A program made the position numbers and the translations under genes. Positions 62,693-64,000 of a stretch of 64,000 nt of DNA are shown here, in pieces. The notes below the pieces were generated by a model that saw only the letters and a list, made by a program, of their open reading frames with translations, did not search any database and had not been told where the DNA came from. Origin of the DNA: Amphiscolops sp. MND2022 (Eukaryota); contig OZ076409.1 in NCBI GenBank assembly GCA_964187785.1, positions 42,782,001 to 42,846,000 on the forward strand, written 5' to 3'. Within the stretch, counting starts at the first letter, position 1. Each line of letters opens with the position of its first letter.

Positions 62693-64000
62693 ACCACACC
62701 ATCACTCAGTCTATGGATCCTTTCATAAACTTAACTCACTTGTATTTTAATCCTCTAAGCCAAGCCAATCCAAAAAGCGAATAGCGTCGCAATATATTGG
62801 TGTTAACCTTTTGTTGTAGAGAAACGAGACCGATCCATCTCACTAACACAGTAGCCAGCCACATTTTATTCAAGACGATATTTCAGCACGAACTTCACAA
62901 GAAAGCATTCCAACTTAGTTTTGTACGTGCCTGATAGTAAATTTGGTCATAACCACCTTGTACAATTGAGTAGCTGTGCACATACTTTTAAACTCAGTGA
63001 CTCATCTTAAAGACGAAAAACTGATTTCGAATAGAAATAGTCTCATATCAACTTCAATCCAACTTCTAGTGTTCCTTTTTAAAAGGAATATTATATGGGT
63101 AGGTAGTTGATCAAATATAGGGTCAACTTCAAATTTTAATCCTTCAGCTTCCTATTCGATTAGAAAATAAATGATTCTATGAAGTTGGAATGAGATATGT
63201 GCAGTTCATTGACTGTTTATTTCTTTTCCGAACTTATTTCTTTGTAGAGCTTTCCCTCCGTTTTCAACACCAAATAGAACTTTAATGTTTGTAAAACTTT
63301 GTTCACTTCGCATGGATGATCGAACAAACGTTTTCCTTCTGGAAGTTGAAACGTTTCGTATGAGCATTAATCTGAAATTTTGATCTATTCCATGTTTTAA
63401 TTTTTGCAATTATTGGAATAATTTAATGTTTTTAAGATAGTTTACTTATCTTCCTCTAATATTTTTTAGAGAAACGTGGATGCCATTAAGACTTTCAATA
63501 TTTGAGGTATAAGCTTTATAACGAGTGAACATTTTAAATTGAGAGGTATCTATCGGAAGTCACTTTGAATTTATCGATCAAAAATGTAACTACGGTTTTG
63601 TGTAATATCCTGCCAAAAAACGACCGAATCGTTGAAAAGCTTGACGATTTAGTGTTGTATCAATTAGGTAAATAGCATAAATGTCATAAAAGGTGGTTTT
63701 GTTAACGTGGTAAACCACCACGCAATTAATTGTTCGTTTATCTCTTGAACATTCTTTTTCATTGCTTGGATATTATACATTGTATCAGGGGCGGAAATAA
63801 AACACGGAGTGAAATCGCGTGAAATTCCATGTAATTCGACTAGTCAAATCACTCCGTGATAGAGCATGAAATTACAGCTCAATAAGTAAAATGGTGTGTA
63901 AAATAACACAATTACCGCCATCGTATACCCCTTTTATCGTTAATACATAATAATTTAATCACTTATTAACTAATTCATTTCTTCCCTCGTCTTCTGCGTC

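Noticed and set aside
63785..63860. MITE-like start CAGGGGCGG with inverted CACGGAGTGA pair
   Set aside because: No matching terminus or TSD within the window.

Overview
This is eukaryotic (metazoan-type) genomic DNA with GT-AG introns, low gene density and many transposons. There is one clear host gene: a 9-exon CNNM/ACDP-family Mg2+ transporter (+, 22340-62692) whose sixth intron is about 29.7 kb. Positions 1-11644 hold a decayed Ty3/Gypsy-type retroelement (gag-pol on the minus strand; LTR-like unit at 11329-11644) facing a convergent, intron-containing gene with a BED-like zinc finger that may derive from a hAT transposase. Positions 11.7-22 kb contain two decayed RLE/CRE-like non-LTR elements, a decayed APE-type LINE and a nest of hairpin repeats and MITEs. 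The giant CNNM intron contains a ~10.6 kb higher-order tandem array and a decayed CACTA/EnSpm-type transposon. In that transposon a SUV4-20-like SET domain is fused in frame to the transposase, the SET-transposase segment is amplified as four 2.7 kb tandem copies, and a second spliced ORF has a BEN-like domain. The best candidates for new biology are the SET-CACTA fusion and the Gypsy element with a spliced antisense cargo gene and atypical LTR/PBS layout. All family assignments come from recognising motifs by eye, not from database searches.
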